Assembly (NCBI GenBank): GCA_030141605.1
Contig: JAQGDQ010000246.1
Coordinates: 270,494-334,493 of the forward strand
Source: Tubiluchus corallicola
Lineage: Eukaryota; Animalia; Priapulida
Direction of reading: 5' to 3'
Length of the DNA: 64,000 bases
Below the pieces are notes generated by a model that made no database searches, was not told where the DNA came from, and worked only from the letters and a program-made list of their open reading frames with translations. Within the stretch, counting starts at the first letter, position 1. Each line of letters starts with the position of its first letter. A program made the translations under genes and the position numbers. Below are positions 60,501-64,000 of this stretch, in pieces.

Positions 60501-63337
60501 ATGCCTTACGGTTCCTATGGTTTCCTGACGGTAACCTGAATGAGCAGCCAAGAGTTTATCGAATGACTCGTCACCTTTTTGGAGGAACTTGGTCACCCAG
60601 TGCAGCTAATTTTGCCCTTCAACGAACGGCTATAGACAACAAAAATGACTTTGATGCTGTTGCTGTTGAGGCAGTCATGAAAAACTTCTATGTCGATGAC
60701 TGTCTAAAGTCATTTTGGACGGAAGAACATGCAATCAGATTTGTAAAGCAACTTACTTTACTCTTAGCTAGAGGAGGCTTTCACATTACGAAATGGGTCT
60801 CAAACAGTAAGGCAGTCATGGAGACCATACCTCCGACTGAGCGAGCTGAATCTGTAAGGAATGTTGACTTGTCTACTGATGCTGGTAGTCTTACTCAGGA
60901 AAGAGCATTGGGTTTGTGTTGGGAAGTTGACACAGATCGTCTTTCCGTTAGCACCAATGTGAAGGACAAACCAATGACAAAAAGAGGCTTGCTTAGCACC
61001 TTGAGTTCAGTGTACGATCCTCTAGGAATAGTTTGTCCATACGTTTTATTGGCTAAGCTATTATTTCAGTCCGAATGTAGATTGAAAAAAGAATGGGATC
61101 AGCCTTTGGAAGACACAGCACAGGTACTTTGGCGCAAATGGCTGAGCGATCTGCCTGTCCTTGACCATTTCGGTATGAGCAGGTGCTTTTTGCCCAAGTC
61201 CTTTGAACGTGTTCTTACTACTGAACTACATGTCTTCGTAGATGCTTCACAAGCTGCTTATGCAGCAGTTGCTTATCTTCGCCTAGTCGATGTTAATGAC
61301 CATATTTACTGCAGTTTTGTCATCGCTAAATGTCGGTTAGCACCACTCAAGACCCTTACCATACCCAGACTGGAACTGTGTGCGGCTCTTATGGGTGTAA
61401 AGATTGACGAAACATTGAGACGTGAAATACAGCCAAGCATCGAAAACACATACTTCTGGACAGATAGTATGATTGTTCTAAGATATATCAATAACTCGGA
61501 CAAACGCTTCAAGACCTTTGTGGCAAATAGATTATCAGCCATTCACGAGCAGTCTTCACCAAGTCAATGGTATCACATTGCAAGTGACAAGAACCCAGCA
61601 GACATTGCTACAAGAGGGCTAGGTGCTCAACAGCTTATTGATAATAAGGTTTGGCTCAGTGGTCCAGAATTTCTGTGGGATGCATCAAGTACCTGGACTA
61701 GTATGTGTACAATTCCTTTTGATATTCAAAACACAGATGACCTTGAGGTAAAGCTTGATGCAGCAAGAATAAAGGCGAACACAGTAGTAGCGAAAGACAG
61801 CCAGGAACCACTTTCTTTGTTCATACGTCACTTCTCTTCTTGGTACAGATTGAAGAAGGGCATTGCATGGCTCCTTAGATTGAAGTGCATTCTACTTCAA
61901 AGGGTCAGAAAATCTCCAAATATGATGGTTCACACTGGCAGGCTTACAGTTCAAGAGCTGGATGAAGCAGAGGAATCTATCATAATGTATCTCCAAGATG
62001 TTCATTTTCAGAAGGAAAAGGCTGCATTGACACATCTGAGCATGGATGTTACAAGAACTGATAACAAGCAAAGATCAGCTAAAAGGATTTTGCAGTCTAG
62101 CTGCCTTTTCAAGCTTGATCCAATACTAACATCTAATGGTCTAATTTGTATAGGAGGTAGAATCAAGCACAAGCACCAGCCTATAATTCCCAGAGATGAA
62201 CATGTTGTTTCTCTGATCATCAGAGAAATGCATGAAAGGACTGGCCATTCAGGCAGAGAGCATGTGATGGCAAAGCTTCGCGATAAATTCTGGATTATAA
62301 AGGCAAGGCCAATGGTAAGGCGTTTATTATCCAGCTGTACAATTTGTAAGCGTCGTGATGCTCGCCTAGAATGTCAAAAGATGGCGGACCTTCCCAATGA
62401 CAGGCTTGAGTCTGGAAACCCTCCATTTTTGCGAGTAGGAGTTGACTGCTTCGGGCCCTTTCTTGCCAAACGGGGCCGTGCACTAGTGAAACGTTACGGC
62501 TGTCTGTTCACATGTCTGGCAACAAGAGCCATTCACCTAGAACTTTTGTTTTCCTTGGAAACTGACAGTTTTTTGAACGGACTATTTCGTTTTATCAGCA
62601 GAAGAGGAGTTCCCGAGCTCATCAGATCAGACTGTGGCACAAACTTCGTTGGTGCTAATGAAGAGCTAAAGAAAGCAATTCAGAATTGGAATCAAGAGGA
62701 AATCGATACTGCCTTACGTCAGCAGAATATCCAATGGAAATTCAACACACCCTCAGCTTCACATCAAGGAGGAGTATGGGAACGTATGATACGTTCAGTA
62801 CGCAAAGTGATGTCTTCCATTGCAAATCTGCAAACAGTAGATGACGACAGTCTTATAACTCTGTTTTGTCAAGTAGAAACCATCATAAATGGTCGACCGC
62901 TTAGTATTGTGTCTGATGATCCACGAGACCTACAGCCTCTTACACCCAATCACATTCTTCTTCTAAGAGGTGGTCCAACATTGCCCTTTGGTAAATTTTC
63001 TGAGACTGATTTGTACAAAAAACGTTGGAGGCAAGTTCAATATTTGTCGGACATCTTCTGGAAGCGATGGGTATCCGAATACTTGCCATTGCTTCAAAGC
63101 CGTCAGAAATGGCACCATAGGTCTCAAAATTTGAAGATTGGAGATATTGTTATTGTTGCAGACCAGAATTTACCAAGAGGACATTGGAAACTGGCACGAA
63201 TAGACAATGTATTTCCTGGCAAGGATGGCTTAGTTAGATCCGTAGAGGTTCGGATGGGTGACTCTGTCTTGCGTAGACCAATTCACAAAATTGCTTTACT
63301 TGAACGTATTGATGAAAATGTTAACCAAATTGATTAA
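57527..63337 (+). CDS. BEL/Pao gag-pol polyprotein (Gag DUF1759-like, CCHC knuckles, aspartic protease, RT, Pao RNase H, integrase, DUF5641-like)
   Basis: 1936-aa ORF from the first ATG (the track starts at TTG 57485). Motifs: FKGDPSEF, CAFCENNHRIDKC / CFNCLGYKHLSRKC / CGLDGCKDKHSKLLH, ALLDPGSNKTF, WYLPHHGV...KLRTVFD, FYVDD, YDPLG, LHVFVDASQAAY, TIPRLELCAA, WTDS, NPADIATRG, HERTGHSG..CTIC, VDCFGPF, SDCGTNF, GGVWERMIRSVR, LTPNHILL. Confidence 0.97.
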   Translation: MSVQEIRERKSARGTAKSLVTKKINRIRQLMEAECASDDLKKEANELHNLAKDFETLHKEYHGLLESQEEISQSQNYYEEVMNKVESAATRVRLYLESTVAPELIAPPPPVGSSSTMPPESVVLPDQQQLGAKSLKETFKYSRGKSSSKSTISKVSTFKARASAKKAALIAEANMIEQQNELEIEELKLQQKKRTLKLQTDIAKASAEEQALAISEGGDSGSDPAADKGHLSYPLPLETETRTRNWVQQQADYNHDFNPLATEFQPTMATGHQEASRPDMQQLVDMMQLPRSELVKFKGDPSEFWLFMRSFDQMMDSANVTAASKLNRLLQYCDGEAREVIRCCTILEPEAGYPRARRLLRERFGNSFQIVESWVKKLTEGPAIKPSDRRSLQLFADDLRSYMITLEAMKCTDELDSKRNMVSIVRRLPLFLQSRWRTKALEYLDQNGRYPAIEQLSEFLDRAAREINDPIFGVLDAQAKSEKPMKKEAKAFVLQGEPSRAAPQPLQPKCAFCENNHRIDKCKDFLKLNDAGRFNCARQKRLCFNCLGYKHLSRKCSRPPCGLDGCKDKHSKLLHLWFHNPGKETSDRTNTEKASESETGATSCVCQMPYQQNAKLSLPVVSVIVKTATKSIVIHALLDPGSNKTFCSSDLLATLGLKGIKRILNLSTLNNGSSCEVHEISLEVCPHPEVQPDGKSINLEKVYAIQKFPSLRNAVISRSEAKQWDHLKDLPLPCINSYEDVMILIGQDNADAFMPLELRAGKSGDPYAIKTPLGWTVNGNLSMPLPSALIPEAIVNLTVSDNKLSDQVKCFWHIDSYGTGDVPEMSLDDLRTLEIWNQSIVKENGHYMMDIPFKEYPPGLPDNFDMAKRRLMFLKRKLEKDPTICEKYLKNMVDLFEKGFAEAVDNPFAPTECTWYLPHHGVQTPTKPKLRTVFDCSVKCDDMSLNTKVFQGPDLTSCLIGVLLRFREAHFAVMSDVEAMFNQVLVTPKHRDALRFLWFPDGNLNEQPRVYRMTRHLFGGTWSPSAANFALQRTAIDNKNDFDAVAVEAVMKNFYVDDCLKSFWTEEHAIRFVKQLTLLLARGGFHITKWVSNSKAVMETIPPTERAESVRNVDLSTDAGSLTQERALGLCWEVDTDRLSVSTNVKDKPMTKRGLLSTLSSVYDPLGIVCPYVLLAKLLFQSECRLKKEWDQPLEDTAQVLWRKWLSDLPVLDHFGMSRCFLPKSFERVLTTELHVFVDASQAAYAAVAYLRLVDVNDHIYCSFVIAKCRLAPLKTLTIPRLELCAALMGVKIDETLRREIQPSIENTYFWTDSMIVLRYINNSDKRFKTFVANRLSAIHEQSSPSQWYHIASDKNPADIATRGLGAQQLIDNKVWLSGPEFLWDASSTWTSMCTIPFDIQNTDDLEVKLDAARIKANTVVAKDSQEPLSLFIRHFSSWYRLKKGIAWLLRLKCILLQRVRKSPNMMVHTGRLTVQELDEAEESIIMYLQDVHFQKEKAALTHLSMDVTRTDNKQRSAKRILQSSCLFKLDPILTSNGLICIGGRIKHKHQPIIPRDEHVVSLIIREMHERTGHSGREHVMAKLRDKFWIIKARPMVRRLLSSCTICKRRDARLECQKMADLPNDRLESGNPPFLRVGVDCFGPFLAKRGRALVKRYGCLFTCLATRAIHLELLFSLETDSFLNGLFRFISRRGVPELIRSDCGTNFVGANEELKKAIQNWNQEEIDTALRQQNIQWKFNTPSASHQGGVWERMIRSVRKVMSSIANLQTVDDDSLITLFCQVETIINGRPLSIVSDDPRDLQPLTPNHILLLRGGPTLPFGKFSETDLYKKRWRQVQYLSDIFWKRWVSEYLPLLQSRQKWHHRSQNLKIGDIVIVADQNLPRGHWKLARIDNVFPGKDGLVRSVEVRMGDSVLRRPIHKIALLERIDENVNQID

Positions 63338-63370
63338 ATGTTCGTAAATTGCTCATTTAATGAGGGGCGG

Positions 63371-64000
63371 TGTAGCGGGTGCATAGGCCCTTTTGGTCTT
63401 TATTTAGTTGCTGCCACGGTGCTGCCACCTGTTTGTTTATTTAGTAGACTTTTGCCTTTTACTGTAGTCACTCTTTTAAAATTGAAGCACCTAATATCCT
63501 TGAATATATTCGCTTTTTGATCTTTCGCTCTAGCTATAGTAGTTGTCTGACATTTTACCCGGCTTTTGATTCTCTCGGCCATTGCTCTTGTGTTGTGTCT
63601 GAACATTATGTCTGTAACTCTCTTACGAGTTTATTGTAGTGACAACGTTGTTGTTGATTCCTTGGAGTTCTCATTCCGTCTGTGTAATTGCTAAAGGCTC
63701 TAACAACGTAAGTCATCATTAATTAATTTCATTGCAGTGACAGTTTTGTTTTTCAGCTTGTATTTCAATACTTGTGAAGTATTTATTTGATGTTGCAGCT
63801 AAAACTTGATCCATGTAGTTTTTGTGAGCAATAGCTGTTGCGGCGTGTTCCTGTAATACCTTTATGGTATCTTGTAGATCTCATATTGTGTTGTATCTAA
63901 CCTGATTGCTCAAACGTTCGTTTCATTTTCTCCTGTTAAAATTTGCTCTTTCAAATCATTGTATTTATTACAGAATAAAGAAACTTTTTGGAGGAACACA
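63371..64000 (+). repeat. 3' LTR (truncated by window end)
   Basis: Near-identical copy of 56366-56993, preceded by the PPT. Confidence 0.95.

Larger units (their letters stand above)
56366..64000 (+). mobile_element. BEL/Pao (Belpaoviridae) LTR retrotransposon, apparently intact, antisense within a FAX intron; runs off the window
   Basis: Direct LTRs start TGTAGCGGG at 56366 and 63371. Polypurine tract GAGGGGCGG at 63362-63370. A single gag-pol ORF lies between them. Confidence 0.97.

Noticed and set aside
57485-63337. Gypsy/Copia or env-bearing retrovirus call; TTG start at 57485
   Set aside because: YVDD RT, Pao-type RNase H and triple knuckles indicate BEL/Pao. There is no room for env before the PPT, and the first ATG is 57527.
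1-64000. CRISPR arrays, operons or prokaryotic defence systems
   Set aside because: The sequence is intron-containing animal DNA; the repeats are microsatellites, two-copy duplications or TE termini, with no repeat-spacer periodicity.

Overview
AT-rich eukaryotic (invertebrate animal-like) genomic DNA with spliceosomal introns, so the ORF track misses most real genes. Four host genes are supported. (1) An intronless 856-aa PPP Ser/Thr phosphatase (7268-9838, -) with an unusual N-terminal degenerate Nudix-like domain and an NCS/calcineurin-B-like EF-hand domain. (2) A 3-exon SDF2-family MIR-domain gene (16224-19931, +). (3) A ~26-exon sperm CatSper auxiliary subunit epsilon-like gene (47590-20492, -, ~953 aa, hand-assembled). 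(4) The last two exons of a failed-axon-connections (FAX/FAXC) GST-like gene (56195-54595, -), whose intron carries a young BEL/Pao LTR retrotransposon with an intact ORF (56366->64000, +). The rest is TE debris: a Helitron PIF1-helicase remnant split by a LINE with a TSD, several CR1/L2-group LINE 3' fragments, a tRNA-derived SINE, TIR-bounded MITEs and local tandem duplications. The best candidate for an undescribed system is the single-chain Nudix-like/EF-hand/PPP phosphatase. All family calls come from motif recognition and recalled homologue sequences; no database search was run.
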